Source: an uncultured delta proteobacterium (lineage in GTDB: Bacteria; Myxococcota_A; UBA9160; UBA4427). Taken from it: 64,000 nt of DNA. The position numbers were made by a program, and so were the translations under genes. The notes below the pieces were generated by a model. The model saw only the letters and a program-made list of their open reading frames with translations. It was not told where the DNA came from and did no database searches. The stretch lies in contig CAWGJT010000009.1 of the NCBI GenBank assembly GCA_963822965.1, forward strand, positions 64,001-128,000, written 5' to 3'. Of the stretch, positions 20,000 through 31,918 are shown piece after piece; the first letter of the stretch is position 1, and the number at the start of each line of letters is the position of its first letter.

Positions 20000-20754
20000 A
20001 TGACGGACGCGAAGACGTGGATCGTCGTCCCGTGCTACGACGAAGCGGGACGCCTGCGCGAGGACGAGTTCGCGCGCTTCGCGAGCGAGCATCCGGACGT
20101 CCACTTCCTCTTCGTCGACGACGGCAGCCGCGACGCCACGGCATCGCGGCTGGCCGCCATGGCCGCCGGCAACCCGGGGGTCTCGGTCGTCTCGCTGCCC
20201 CAGAACCAGGGCAAGGCGGAAGCCGTTCGCCGGGGCATGAACGAGGCCTTCCAGGCGGGCGCGCGTGTACGCCGGCTACTGGGACGCGGATCTCGCCACG
20301 CCCCTGGACGAGATTCCCCGCTTCGTCGACACCCTGGACGCCCATCCGGCGCTCGAGGTGCTCCTCGGATCGCGCGTGCAGCTGCTGGGTCGATGCATCG
20401 AGCGCAAGGCCAGCCGGCACTACCTCGGGCGCGTCGGCGCCACCGCCATCTCTCTCGCCCTGGGCCTGCCCGTCTACGACACCCAATGCGGCGCCAAGCT
20501 CTTCCGGGTCTCGCCGGACTGCAAGTCGGTCTTCGCCGAGCCCTTCCTGGCGGGCTGGGTGTTCGACGTCGAGATCGTCGCGCGCATGATCGCCGCTCGG
20601 CGGGGTACGGGGCGTGCGGGGGTCGGCGGAGGTGATGCGCGAGATTCCGCTCTGGGAGTGGCGCGACGTCGCCGGATCGCAGGTCCGTCCGCTGGACTTC
20701 TTCCGCTCGCTCCTCGAGCTGGTCCGGATCCGCCGCCGCTATCTGCGCGGCTGA
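20000..20754 (+). CDS. GT2 dolichyl/polyprenyl-phosphate glycosyltransferase (ALG5-like; frameshifted)
   Basis: [59 protein letters not shown]. Confidence 0.88.
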
Positions 20755-22359
20755 GCGGCCGGCGGGAGGCTCCGGCGAGAGCGGTCGCAGGTTGAGCCGC
20801 AGGATCGCTCCCAGCGACCCGCCGCGAAGAGCGGCGCGCGGGTCGCGCTCCGGATGTCGTCGTAGAGGGCGTGGTGCGCCGGATCGACGAGCAGGTTCTC
20901 GTCCCGCTCCAGGCTCTCGCGATAGCCGCGCGGAACGCGCCGGAAGTAGTGTCCCACCCGCCAGTGGACGGGGATCGATCATCGGCATGCGTGCGAGCAG
21001 CGGGTCTGCGAGCGCGCAGCGGTCCGCGAGGAAGTCGTCGCGGCAGGCCGTGAAGCCCTCGTAGCCGAGCTCGCCGCAGATGTTCCGGACGACGACGGCG
21101 CCGCCGGCGTCCGGTACAGTTGGAGCCCGCATGCAGGTCGCGCTCTGCCTCGGGGGCGAGCAGGCCGCGCCGTGGATAGTAGAAGCCGCGTTCGTCGGAG
21201 ATGCCGCGATCGGCGACGATCCGCTCCTCGTCCCGGACGGAGTAGTCGGGCCCCGCTCGCAGCGGCGCACTCGCGTGCACGAGCGAGAGCACAGGCACAG
21301 CCGCGGCGAGCGCGCCGAAGCGGAGCGCGGGCCACCGAAGGTGGACCAGCCCTGCGACCCCTGCCAGGAAGGGCAGCGCCAAGAAGCGGCCCGCCATGAA
21401 GTCGCCGCCGATCCGCACGACGTAGAGCAGCTGCAGCCCGATGCCGGCGGCGAAGCACGCCGCGTCGGGACGGCGGTTCCGGATCGCGTCCCCCACCGCG
21501 AGGCCGACCGCGAAGACGGGAATCAGCAAGGTCGCCGGGTCCGTGCGCGCGGCGTGGACGAGGTAGAAGATTCCCTGCTCGAGCAGCAGCGCGGGGTCGA
21601 TGCCCGTCGCGAGCTTCGCCTGGAAGGTGTTCGGGAAGGGGGTGCCGTAGTAGACGAGCGCAAAGGCGAGCCACGCCAGGGCGGGTGCCGCGCCGGCCGC
21701 GACCGCCGCCAGCAGGCGCCGGGCGGGAGCGCCCCCGCGCAGCGCCTGCACCAGGCGCAGGCCGCCGGCGGGCGCCAGCAGCAGCACGGAATCCATCCGG
21801 TTGAGGAACGCCAGCGAGGCGAGCAGTCCGAGCCATCCGAGCCGCCGCGCTCGGACCCGACACGCTCGACGGGCCGGAAGTACGCGTTCGCGAAGAGCGC
21901 CAGCAGCAGGTAGGAGAGCGGCGTCTCGAGCCCCGAGCTCGTGTAGTCCACGAAGGCCTTGGAGGACACGAGACAGACGACGGCGGCGGCCGCCGCCCCG
22001 AAGCGTCGCTCGCGCACCGCGGCGAGGACAAGCGCCGCGACCCCGGCCGTCGAAGCGACGAGCGAGACGAGGATCGGCGTGTAGAAGGCCTCGCGCGTCG
22101 CGGCGTAGAACGGCGCCAGCACGAAGAGCCAGAGCGGGTGCGTGTAGGACTGGACCCGCTCGGCCAGGTTGAAGCGCAGCCCGTCGCCGTTCACGAAGTG
22201 ATCGATGGTGCGGAACGTGATCAGCCCGTCGTCCGAGAGCCACGCGCTGCGGAGCATGGCGTATGCCAGGAGCAGCGCGCTTCCGGCCAGGAGGAGCTGC
22301 GATCGGCGCGCGAGGGTCACCCGGAACGTCGCGGAATCGGGCAAGGCGGGTCGAAGCAT
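20739..22359 (-). CDS. AftB-like (arabinofuranosyltransferase-like) GT-C protein (frameshifted; ends approximate)
   Basis: [13 protein letters not shown]...[65 protein letters not shown]. Confidence 0.75.
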
Positions 22360-22433
22360 ACTACAGTTGAGTGCCCCTCCGGATGCCGCAGAGCCCTTCC
22401 GGAAGCGCTCTTCCGGAGAGCGTGCGAGAACCC

Positions 22434-24509
22434 GTGACACGACCGGTGAAACGCGCGGCGAGACGCGCGGCGAGAGCAGCGAGACGCGCGGCGAGTCGAT
22501 CACCGGCTCCGGACCCGGGCGCAGACGCGCGCCTCTCCCGCTGGCAGCTCGCCCTGGGCATGCTGGTCCTCGGGATCTCCGCCGTCTTCCTCTTCGACGC
22601 CGTGGAGCGCGATCCCGCCGTTCCCTTCCTGACCCACACGCACGATCCCGAGTGGATCGCCGTCTACAGCGACCCCGAGACGAACGCGATCCGGGTGGAT
22701 CCCGACGACGTTCCCGTCCAGACCTTCTGGAAGGCCTTCGACCTGCCCGCCCGCCCCGCCGAGGCCCGACTGCACCTGCGGGCACTCGGCGACGCGCAGG
22801 TGCGGCTGAACGGGGAGCCGCTGTGGCGCTCGGACCCCGCGCGCAGCTGGAAGCGGCAGAACGAGGTCGACGCGACCCCGGCGCTCCGACCCGGGAGCAA
22901 CGAAATCCGCGTGCGCGTGGCGAACCCGCGCGGACCCGCCCTGCTGCAGCTGCGGCTCGCGGACGGCGCGGGGCGCGTCCTGCTCGAGACGGACGCCAGC
23001 TGGCAGGCCGTCGATTCGCGCGGCGTCGCCGCCGCGACGATGCGCGCGGACGACACGCGCCCCCATCCCGAGTCGTTCTTCATGAGCTCCACGGGCAGCG
23101 TGCTGGTCGCCAAGGCCCCCGTGCTCGGGCTCCTCTTCGCGCTGGGGGCCGCCCTGCACCTGGCCCTGCGGCGCACCCTGCCCCGCTCCGCCGCGGCCCG
23201 TGCGCCCCTCGCGGTCTTGGTCGGCGTCGTGGCCTTCCACGTGCTGGTCTACGCGCTCCGCACCTCCCGGCTGCCCGTAGTCATGGGCTTCGACGTGATC
23301 GGGCACCTGGCCTACATCGACTACCTGCTCGCCCATCGCGCGCTCCCCCTCGCGACCGACGGCGGATCCATGTATCACCCGCCCCTCGGCCACGCGCTGA
23401 TCGCCGGCCTCGTCGCGCTGACGGACGTGTCCCGCGACGCGGCGGCGGGCCGCTGGCTCTACCGGCTGCCGACCTTCCTCGCCGCCCTCGGGAACGTCTT
23501 CGCGGCCTGGCTCACCGCGCGGCGCCTCTTCGACGACGACCCCCTGCGAACGAGCCTGGCGGTGGCCTTCGCGGGCCTGCTGCCGATGAACGTCTACATG
23601 GGCGCGTACGTGTCGAACGAGCCGATCCACTCCTTCTTCGTGAGCCTCGCGCTGTGCATCGCGTGCGGGCTGCTCATGCGCGCGAACACACCGCCGTCCC
23701 GGGTGGCGGCCCTCACCGGCTCGCTCGGTCTCGCGATCCTGACGAAGTTCACCGCGCTGCTGGCCGTGCCGCTGTCCGCCGCGTTCGTCGCCGCGAAGGT
23801 ACGGCTGGTCGATCGCGCGTCCGCGCTGCGAGCCCTCGCCACGGCGGGCGCGATGCTCGCCGGGGTCGCGGCGCTCGCCGGCTGGGTCTACGTCCGGAAC
23901 TGGCAGCTCTTCGGCCGGCCGGTGGTCGGCAACTGGGACGTGCCGGGAGGCGTCGTGTGGTGGGAGCAGCCGGGCTACCACACCGCCGCCTACTACACGA
24001 GCTTCGGGCAGGCGCTCTCCTACCCGTTCTTCTCGGGCTACGCGTCGTTCTGGGACGGCCTCTACTCCACCTTCTGGGGCGACGGGCTGGTGGCCGGCAT
24101 GGCCCGCCTCTCCACCCGCCACGACGCCTGGAGCTACGACTTCATGACCGCGGGCTACTGGCTGGCCTTCCCGGCGACGGTCCTCCTCTTCGCCGGCTTC
24201 GGCCGCGCCGTGGCCTTCGCCTTCCGCGAAGACGAGATCGGGCGGCGTCTCGCGATGAGCCTGCTGGTGGCGTTCCTCTACGCGGCGGCCTTCGCGCTGC
24301 TCTCGATCACCTTGCGACTTCCCTATTACGCCCAGGCCAAGGCCTTCTACGTGCTGTCCGCGATCGTTCCGCTCTCGGTGGTCGGCGCGCTGGGCCTGGC
24401 CTGGCTCCTGGAACGGCTCTCGACGCCCGGCTGGCTTCCCGTGCGCATGCTCTACAGCGGCTGGCTGGCCACCCTGGCGGGCTCGCTCGTCCTGTCGTTC
24501 CTCGGCTAG
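22434..24509 (+). CDS. GT-C (ArnT/PMT-like) membrane protein with N-terminal periplasmic beta-sandwich-like domain
   Basis: TM, then a soluble domain (VRLNGE...LRPGSNEIRVRV), then GFDVIGHLAYI, MYHPPL, VSNE, LTKF and many TM helices. Confidence 0.7.
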   Translation: MTRPVKRAARRAARAARRAASRSPAPDPGADARLSRWQLALGMLVLGISAVFLFDAVERDPAVPFLTHTHDPEWIAVYSDPETNAIRVDPDDVPVQTFWKAFDLPARPAEARLHLRALGDAQVRLNGEPLWRSDPARSWKRQNEVDATPALRPGSNEIRVRVANPRGPALLQLRLADGAGRVLLETDASWQAVDSRGVAAATMRADDTRPHPESFFMSSTGSVLVAKAPVLGLLFALGAALHLALRRTLPRSAAARAPLAVLVGVVAFHVLVYALRTSRLPVVMGFDVIGHLAYIDYLLAHRALPLATDGGSMYHPPLGHALIAGLVALTDVSRDAAAGRWLYRLPTFLAALGNVFAAWLTARRLFDDDPLRTSLAVAFAGLLPMNVYMGAYVSNEPIHSFFVSLALCIACGLLMRANTPPSRVAALTGSLGLAILTKFTALLAVPLSAAFVAAKVRLVDRASALRALATAGAMLAGVAALAGWVYVRNWQLFGRPVVGNWDVPGGVVWWEQPGYHTAAYYTSFGQALSYPFFSGYASFWDGLYSTFWGDGLVAGMARLSTRHDAWSYDFMTAGYWLAFPATVLLFAGFGRAVAFAFREDEIGRRLAMSLLVAFLYAAAFALLSITLRLPYYAQAKAFYVLSAIVPLSVVGALGLAWLLERLSTPGWLPVRMLYSGWLATLAGSLVLSFLG

Positions 24510-24610
24510 CAGCGCGACCCGAGACGAGTCCTGGGTCGCGGTTCCGCCCCGGCGGACGCCGCCGTCGACCGTTACCTTCACACGCTGCCGAACCCGCCCG
24601 GGAGCGCCGA

Positions 24611-25048
24611 ATGCCTGCCCTCGACATCCGTGGACTGGACCACGTCGTGATCCGGGTCGCCGACCTCGAACGCTCTCTCGCCTTCTACCGCGACGCGCTG
24701 GGATGCGAGGTGGCGCGCCGCATCGACGCCCTCGGCCTGATCCAGCTCCGCGCCGGCGCCGGCCTCATCGACCTGGTCCCCGTGGATTCACCGCTGGGTC
24801 GCGCGGGCGGGGGTCCCGCGCCGGAGGCCGGAGCCGGCGGCCGCAACATGGATCACTTCGCGCTGCAGCTCGCGGCCTTCGACGAGGGGGCGCTGCGCGC
24901 GCACCTCGAGCACCACGGCGTCGCCCCCGGCGACGTGGCACGCCGCTTCGGCGCCCAGGGCGAAGGACCCTCCATGTACATCCGCGACCCCGACGGAAAC
25001 ACCGTCGAGCTCAAGGGTCCTCCCGACGACGCGGCCGACGGTCTGTAG
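24611..25048 (+). CDS. VOC/glyoxalase family protein
   Basis: GLDHVVIRVADLERSLAFY, MDHFAL, YIRDPDGNTVEL. Confidence 0.9.
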   Translation: MPALDIRGLDHVVIRVADLERSLAFYRDALGCEVARRIDALGLIQLRAGAGLIDLVPVDSPLGRAGGGPAPEAGAGGRNMDHFALQLAAFDEGALRAHLEHHGVAPGDVARRFGAQGEGPSMYIRDPDGNTVELKGPPDDAADGL

Positions 25049-25059
25049 AAGGAAGCTGG

Positions 25060-27249
25060 ATGATCCGCCGCCTCCTGGTCTTCGCCGTGGTCCTGCTCGT
25101 GCTGGCGCTGGCCGTCCTCGAGCTCCTGGGAAGCGGCGTCCTCGGGGAGGCGGGCCAAGCGGGCACACCGACCGCCGCGCCGATTCCCGAGAACGTGACA
25201 CGGGAGCGCAGCAGCACCCAGCAGGTGGCGGCGCGGGATGCCGGTGTTCCGTCTCCGCGCCGGATCCTGTTCGGAGACCTGCACGTCCATTCCACGTTCT
25301 CGACCGACGCGTTCCTCATGAGCCTGCCCATGTCCGGCGGCGACGGGGCCCGTCCCGTCTCGGACGCCTGCGACTTCGCGCGCTACTGCTCGGCCCTCGA
25401 CTTCTGGTCCATCAACGACCACGCCCTCGCCCTCACGCCTCGCCGCTGGCACGAGACCGTCGAAGCGATCCGTGCCTGCAACGCCGTGGCGGGCGACGTC
25501 GAGAGCCCCGACGTCACCGCCTTCCTCGGCTGGGAGTGGACCCAGGTGGGCACCACCCCCGAGAACCACTACGGCCACAAGAACGTCGTCCTGCGCGACC
25601 TGGACGACGCGCACATCCCCAACCGGCCGATCTCCGCGGGTCTGCCTCGCGGCGCCGACGACATGGCCCCGTCCACCCTGTCCCTCGGCATGCTTCCCGT
25701 CCTCCTCGGCCGGCCGGGCATCGACATGGTGAAGTACTTCCGCGAGATGATGGCGACGCCCCACTGTGCGCAGGGGGTTCCCGAGCGCGAGCTGCCCGAC
25801 GACTGCATCGAGTCGGCCGGCACCCCCGACCTGCTCTTCGCGAAGCTCGACGACTGGGGCCACGAGGCCCTCGTGATCCCCCACGGCACCACCTGGGGCT
25901 ACTACACGCCCATGGGCTCGGCGTGGGACAAGCAGCTCACGCGCCCAGATGCACGATCCCGACCGCCAGATCCTCGTCGAGGTGTACTCCGGTCACGGCA
26001 ACTCCGAGGAGTTCCGGTCGTGGCGCGAGGTGATCCTGGAGCCCGACGGCAGCAAGCGCTGTCCCGAGCCCTCGCCGGACTACCTGCCCTCCTGCTGGCA
26101 GGCCGGGGAGATCATCCGCGGCCGCTGCCTCGAGGCCGGCGTCGGCGAGGCGGAGTGCGACGAGCGAGCGAAGGAGGCACGGCAGAACTACGTGAGGAAC
26201 GACGTCGTCGGCCACCGGACCGTGACGGGCGAGAGCCCCGCCGACTGGGGTCGACGCCGGCCAGTGCCGGGACTGCTTCCTGCCGGCCTTCAACTACCGC
26301 CCTCGCAGCACGGTGCAGTACATGCTGGCCCTGGCGCGGACCGACGCGAACGGCGACCCGCTGCGCTTCCGCTTCGGCTCCTGGCCTCGAGCGACAACCA
26401 CTCGGCGCGCCCGGGCACCGGCTACAAGGAGTACGACCGACGGGACATGACCGAGATGCGCTTTGCGAGCTTTCGCGGGGGCATCCTCGGCGGCGGCAGC
26501 GACGGCGAGCCCCGGCCGGAGTCCGTGGCGGAGCCCGAGGTCGACCCGCGGGCCTTCTTCGGCGTGCTCGAGACCGAGCGACAGTCCTCCTTCTTCCTGA
26601 CCGGCGGGCTCGTCGCCGTGCACGCCGAAGGACGCAGCCGCACGCCATCTGGGAGGCCCTGCAGCGCAAGGAGGTCTACGGAACCAGCGGCCCCCGCATC
26701 CTGCTCTGGTTCGACCTGATGAACCCGCCAGGGACCCACGGCGAAGAGGCTCCCATGGGCTCGGCGGTGCGGATGCACGCGAGCGCCGCGTCTTCCGCGT
26801 GCGCGCCGTCGGCTCCTTCGAGCAGCTGCCGGGCTGTCCCCAGTACGCCGAGGCTGCTCTGGGCAGCGAGGGCCTCGCCCGCCTGTGCGCGGGCGAGTGC
26901 TACCACCCGTCCGACGAGCGGAGACGGATCAGCCGCATCGAGGTGGTGCGGATCCGGCCGCAGCAGCGCGCCGACGAGCCCGTCGTGCCGCTCATCGAAG
27001 ACCCGTGGAAGGTGATCCCGTGTCAGCCGGACCCGTCCGGCTGCCGGGTGACGTTCGACCGACCCCGAGTTCGCCGCGGGCGGACGCGACGCCGTCTACT
27101 ACGCGCGAGCCATCGAGGAGCCGAGCCTGGCGGTGAACGCGGACCCGATCGCGTGCCAGGACGTGCCCCTCGAGGACGACTGCCTGGGCGAGGTGGAGGA
27201 GCGAGCCTGGTCGTCGCCCATCTTCGTCGACTTCGAAACGGCGGATTGA
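25060..27249 (+). CDS. DUF3604 family protein (PHP-like metal-binding; frameshifted)
   Basis: FGDLHVHSTFSTDA, LDFWSINDH, GWEWT, IPHG, EVYSGHGNSE, SSDNHSARPG, EVYGTSGPRI, ERAWSSPIF. Confidence 0.85.
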
Positions 27250-27273
27250 TCGGCCCGCGCGGCGAAGCAGCGA

Positions 27274-28603
27274 TCAGCCCGGCTCGGCGGAGCGGGGCGG
27301 CAGCAGCACCAGCAGCAGCGCGACGCCCACCACGGCGGACGCCAGCGATCCGCCCAGGATGCCCACCTTGGCGATCTCGGCCGCCCGGCCCGACAGCGCC
27401 AGGCCGTCGATGAAGAGCGCCATCGTGAAGCCGATGCCGGCCAGGAAGCCGCCACCCAGCAGCACGCCCCAGGTGACGCCGTCGGGCAGACGGGCCCACC
27501 CCAGGCGCACCGCCAGGAAGCTCGCCGCCAGGATCCCGACGGGCTTGCCGAGGAAGAGCCCGAGCGCGGTGGCGACGGCGATGGGCTCGCCCACGTCGGC
27601 GAGCGAGAACAGGACCCCGGCGTTGGCCAGGGCGAAGAGCGGCACGATCGCGAAGCTCACCCAGGGATGGAGGCCGCTCTCGAGGCGCTCGAGGGGCGAC
27701 AGCGCCTCGCGGGCCATCAACCGCACGCGCTCCAGCACGCCCCGCCGCTGCTCGTCCGAGTCCCACTCCCCGTGCAGGAACTCGCTCGCCCGTCCCACCA
27801 GCCGCGCGAGACGCCCCTCGCTGATCCAGCTCTCGGCTGGGCGTCATCAGGCCCAGGATCACCCCCGCGATGGTGGCGTGGACGCCGGACTCGTGGAAGC
27901 CGAGCCACACGCCCACCCCCACCACCGCGTAGAAGCCAACGCTCCGCACCCCCGCGCGCGCCATCCCGTGGACGAGCGCGATGCCGGCGAAGGCCGCGAC
28001 CGAGGGCGCCCCAGTGGATGGCGTCCGTGTAGCCGACGGCGATCACGAGGATCGCCCCGATGTCGTCCGCGATGGCGAGGGAGAGCAGCAGCACGCGCAA
28101 GCCGGGCGGCACCCGCGAGCCGAGCACCGCCATGCAGCCGACCACGAAGGCGATGTCCGTGGCCATGGGGATGCCCCAGCCGCGCTGCCCGGGCTCGCCG
28201 TACTGGAACGCCAGGTAGACGGCCGCCGGCACCACCATCCCGCCGAGGGCCGCCGCGATGGGAAGGATCGCCTTGCGCGACCTCCTGCAGCTCGCCGAGC
28301 ACCAGCTCGCGCTTCACCTCGAGGCCGATGACGAAGAAGAAGATCACCATCAGGCCGTCGCTGATCCAGTGCTTGAGCGAGTGGTTCATGGGCTGCGAAG
28401 CCGATGGAGAACTCGGTCTTCCAGACGGCGAGGTAGCTCTCGCCGAGGCCCGAGTTCGCCGCAATCAGGGCGACGGCGCTCGCCAGCACGAGGACGGCGC
28501 CGCCGGCCGCCTCGACGTGGAGGAAGCGGGCGAGCGGGCGGCTGACGCGGTGGATCGGTTCCGAAGGGAAGACGCCCTCGTCGTCGGGCTCGTGGCCGGC
28601 CAT
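27274..28603 (-). CDS. nhaA: Na+/H+ antiporter NhaA (frameshifted)
   Basis: [70 protein letters not shown]. Confidence 0.93.
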
Positions 28604-28661
28604 GGTCGGGCGATGATAGGCTGGGTGCAGGGCGCGCACAGGGGCCGCGGGAGTCGTCACG

Positions 28662-29327
28662 ATGTCGCAGGGGTTCGTCACCGCCCGCGCCAAGGCTTCG
28701 GCCACGCTGCCTCGCGCCTTCGGGCACGCGCTGGCCCTGCGGCGTCCACCCCTGTGCGGCGAGCTCGCGCTCTGGCTCCTCGCCGAAGAGGTCGACCTCG
28801 AAGCCGGCTGCCGGCAGCTGCACGAGGGAGCTTCGCCGCCCTACTGGGCCTTCTGCTGGGGCAGCGGCCAGGGCCTGGCCCGCTGGCTGCTCGATCATCC
28901 CGAAGCCGTGCGGGATCGCCGGGTGGTCGATCTCGGTGCGGGGTCGGGGGTCGCGGGCATCGCCGCCGCGCGGGCCGGCGCCGCCTCCGTCGTGGCGGTG
29001 GACGTGGACACGGACGCGCGCGCGGCGATCCGCGCCAACGCCGCGGCGAACGGGCTCACCGGGGGCGGACTCCGGGTCGCGGCCGCCGTCCCCCCGCGCT
29101 GGGACCTGCTGCTCGCCAGCGACGTCCTCTACGAGCCGGATCTCGCCGCCGTCGTCGCCGCCCACGGCGACCGGGCCCGGGCTTCGGGGGCCGGCGTGCT
29201 GGTCGCGGAGCCCGAGCGGCCGGGCAACCCCGGCTACGCGCTTCCCGCCCTCGCGCGCTACCCCGCGCGCACCGTGCCCGACGTGGACTCGCCCACCGTG
29301 TGGGCGAACGTCTACCGCCTCGCGTGA
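28662..29327 (+). CDS. SAM-dependent protein-lysine methyltransferase-like (METTL20/PrmA-related)
   Basis: PYWAFCWGSGQGLAR, VVDLGAGSG, ASDVLYE. Confidence 0.8.
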   Translation: MSQGFVTARAKASATLPRAFGHALALRRPPLCGELALWLLAEEVDLEAGCRQLHEGASPPYWAFCWGSGQGLARWLLDHPEAVRDRRVVDLGAGSGVAGIAAARAGAASVVAVDVDTDARAAIRANAAANGLTGGGLRVAAAVPPRWDLLLASDVLYEPDLAAVVAAHGDRARASGAGVLVAEPERPGNPGYALPALARYPARTVPDVDSPTVWANVYRLA

Positions 29328-29331
29328 ACGA

Positions 29332-29505
29332 TCAGCGGTCGATCTGCTCCTCGACCTCGTCCATCTGCTCCTGCTCGGTCTGCGACTCGGCGCTCTGGGC
29401 GCTCTCGTCCGAGTAGCCCTCGTCCGGCGGCGGCGCGCAGGTGCTGGCGAACGAGAGGCCCGCGGTGGCGATCGACAGGGCCAGCAGGATCCGGGCGGAT
29501 TGCAT
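29332..29505 (-). CDS. Small (57 aa) secreted/lipoprotein-like acidic protein, absent from the ORF track
   Basis: AAGGAGGT SD just upstream of the ATG. Translation MQSARILLALSIATAGLSFASTCAPPPDEGYSDESAQSAESQTEQEQMDEVEEQIDR. Confidence 0.7.
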   Translation of the reverse strand: MQSARILLALSIATAGLSFASTCAPPPDEGYSDESAQSAESQTEQEQMDEVEEQIDR

Positions 29506-29533
29506 GGGGGCGACCTCCTTCGGGCGAGCGGCT

Positions 29534-31758
29534 TCAGGCCAGCTCGAGATTCGCGTAGCGCACCATCACCGTCTTGATGCCGGCGCGATCGAACTTGATC
29601 TTGAGCTTCTGGGAGAGCCCCTCGCCGATCACCGCCTCGATGGTGCCGAGACCGAAGACCGAATGGCGCACGCGCATCCCCCGGCGGATCCCGTCGCCCT
29701 CGTGGTAGGTCTCCTGGCTGTACGAACGGTCGAGACGGTCGCTGCGATCCCGGCGGCGCGCCGCCGGCTCGGACTGCGGGACGACGCGAGCGCGCGCGGG
29801 CTCTGCTGGACGTCCATCAACGCCTCGGGCACCTCGCGCAGGAAGCGCGACGGCGACTGGTAGCTGTGCGGTACCGAAGCGCCGGCGCTCGCGCGCGCAG
29901 GTCATGTAGAGCTGCTCCATGGCACGGGTCATGCCGACGTAGCAGAGCCGGCGCTCCTCCTCGAGCCCCTCGCTGTCGCGCGACGACGACGCGTGCGGGA
30001 AGACGCCCTCCTCCATGCCGACGAGGAAGACCACGCGGTACTCGAGCCCCTTGGCGGAGTGCGCGGTCATCAGCGAGACGCTCTGCGCCTTCTGCTCGTA
30101 GCCGTCGAGGTCGGAGATCAGCGCCACCTGGTCGAGATAGAGCTCGAGCTCGCTCCTCTCCGCGGCGCCGTCGCTCAGGGAGTCCGCGTTCACGGCGTGG
30201 AAGTCCTCGGCGCTGGAGACGAGCTCGCGCAGATTGTCGATGCGCGCCTCGGCTTCCGGACCGTCGTCGGCGACCAGGGCCTTCATGTACCCGCTGCGCT
30301 CGAGCACCTCGGACAGGATCTCGTCCACGGGGCGGTCCGCCAAGCGCCGGAGATCGTGCAGGAGGTCCAGGAACTCGCGGATCTTGCCCGCGGTTCGCTT
30401 CGTCGCGCCTTGCTCGGCGAAGAGGCGCAGCCCCTCGCGCAGGGGAACCTCGTCCCGGGCGGCGATCTCCTCGGCCCGGTCCAGGGTCGTCTTGCCGATG
30501 CCCCGGGTCGGACGGTTGACGACGCGGCGCAGTGCCTGGGCGTCCTCCGGATTGACGAGCAGCCGCAGGTAGCAGAGGACGATCCTTGATCTCGGCCCGC
30601 TCGTAGAAGCGAACCCCGCCGACCACCGTGTAGGCCAGGTCGTACTTGAGGAGCTCCTCCTCGAAGGCCCGCGACTGGGCGTTCGTGCGATACAGGATCG
30701 CGTAGTCGCCCAGGGACCGGCCTTCGTTGCGCGTACCGTGCAGGATGTGGCCGACGACGTAGGCCGCCTCTTCGCGCTCGTCCGCCGCCTCGAAGAAGCG
30801 GATGAGCTCGCCGCCCTTCCGCTCGGTGAACATGCTCTTCTTCTTGCGGCCGCGGTTGTTCTCGACGACGGCGGTGGCCCCGGAGAGGATGGGCTGGGTC
30901 GAGCGATAGTTGCGCTCGAGCTTGATGACCTTCGCGCGCGGGTAGTCGCTGCTCGAAATCGAGGATGTTGCGGATGTCGGCGCCGCGCCACGCATAGACG
31001 GACTGGTCGGGATCGCCCACCACGCACAGGTTCTCGTGGGCGCCGGCGAGCATGCGCACCAGGTCGTACTGCACCCGGTTCGTGTCCTGGTACTCGTCCA
31101 CCAGCACGTACTGCCAGCGGCGCTGGTAGTAGCCGAGCACCTGGGGGGCGTGCCGGAAGAGCTCGACGGTCTGCAGCAGCAGGTCCCCGAAGTCGAGGGC
31201 GTTGGCGTCGAAGAGCAGCCGCTGGTAGGTCGCGTAGAGCCTTGCGGTGAGCTCGTCGTCGATGTCGCGGGCCCGGGCGGCGGCGGCGGCCGGAAGCAGC
31301 CCCTGGTTCTTCCACTCGTCGATCCGCCAGCGCAAGCGCTTGGGGTCGTACTGGCGCGGATCGAGGTCGTGCCGCTTGAGCACCTGCTTGCTCACCCCGA
31401 GGCTGTCGGCGTCGTCGTAGATGACGAAGCCCCGGGAGCGCTGGAGCGCCCCGATGTCCCGCCGCAGGATGCGCACGCACATGGAGTGGAAGGTCGAGAG
31501 CCACAGCCCGCCCGTCGACGGCCCGAGCAGCTTCTCGACCCGCTCGCGCATCTCGCCGGCGGCCTTGTTGGTGAAGGTCACCCCCAGGATCGATTCGGCG
31601 GGGATGCCGCACACGCCGATCAGGTAGGCGACCCGGCTGGTCAGCACCCGGGTCTTGCCGCTGCCGGCCCCCGCCAGCACGAGCAGCGGCCCCTCGGTGG
31701 TCTCCACGGCGGCGCGCTGCTCGGGGTTCAGGCCCTCGAGGATCGTATCGGCGAGCAA
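29534..31758 (-). CDS. pcrA: UvrD/PcrA superfamily 1 DNA helicase (frameshifted)
   Basis: LNPEQRAAV, AGAGSGKT, TFTNKAAGEM, VDEYQDTN, VGDPDQS, LERNYRST, LYRTNAQSR, HSAKGLE, EERRLCYVGMTRA, C-terminal Tudor-like domain. Confidence 0.93.
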
Positions 31759-31918
31759 AGGGGACTCTCTCTGGCTCCGTGCGGCCGGGACCCATCGCCC
31801 GAGCGGATCTGGATCGGAGTCGGGGCAGAGTAATCGACGCATGGCGTCGACTCAATCCCCGCGACGTGCCGCGCCGCACCCGGGGCGCCGCCGGGCGGGA
31901 CGCCGACGAGGTCGAAGC

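Noticed and set aside
22451..22495. ACGCGCGGCGAG repeated three times
   Set aside because: Short in-frame slippage encoding RAAR in a cytoplasmic N-terminus; no spacers or further structure.
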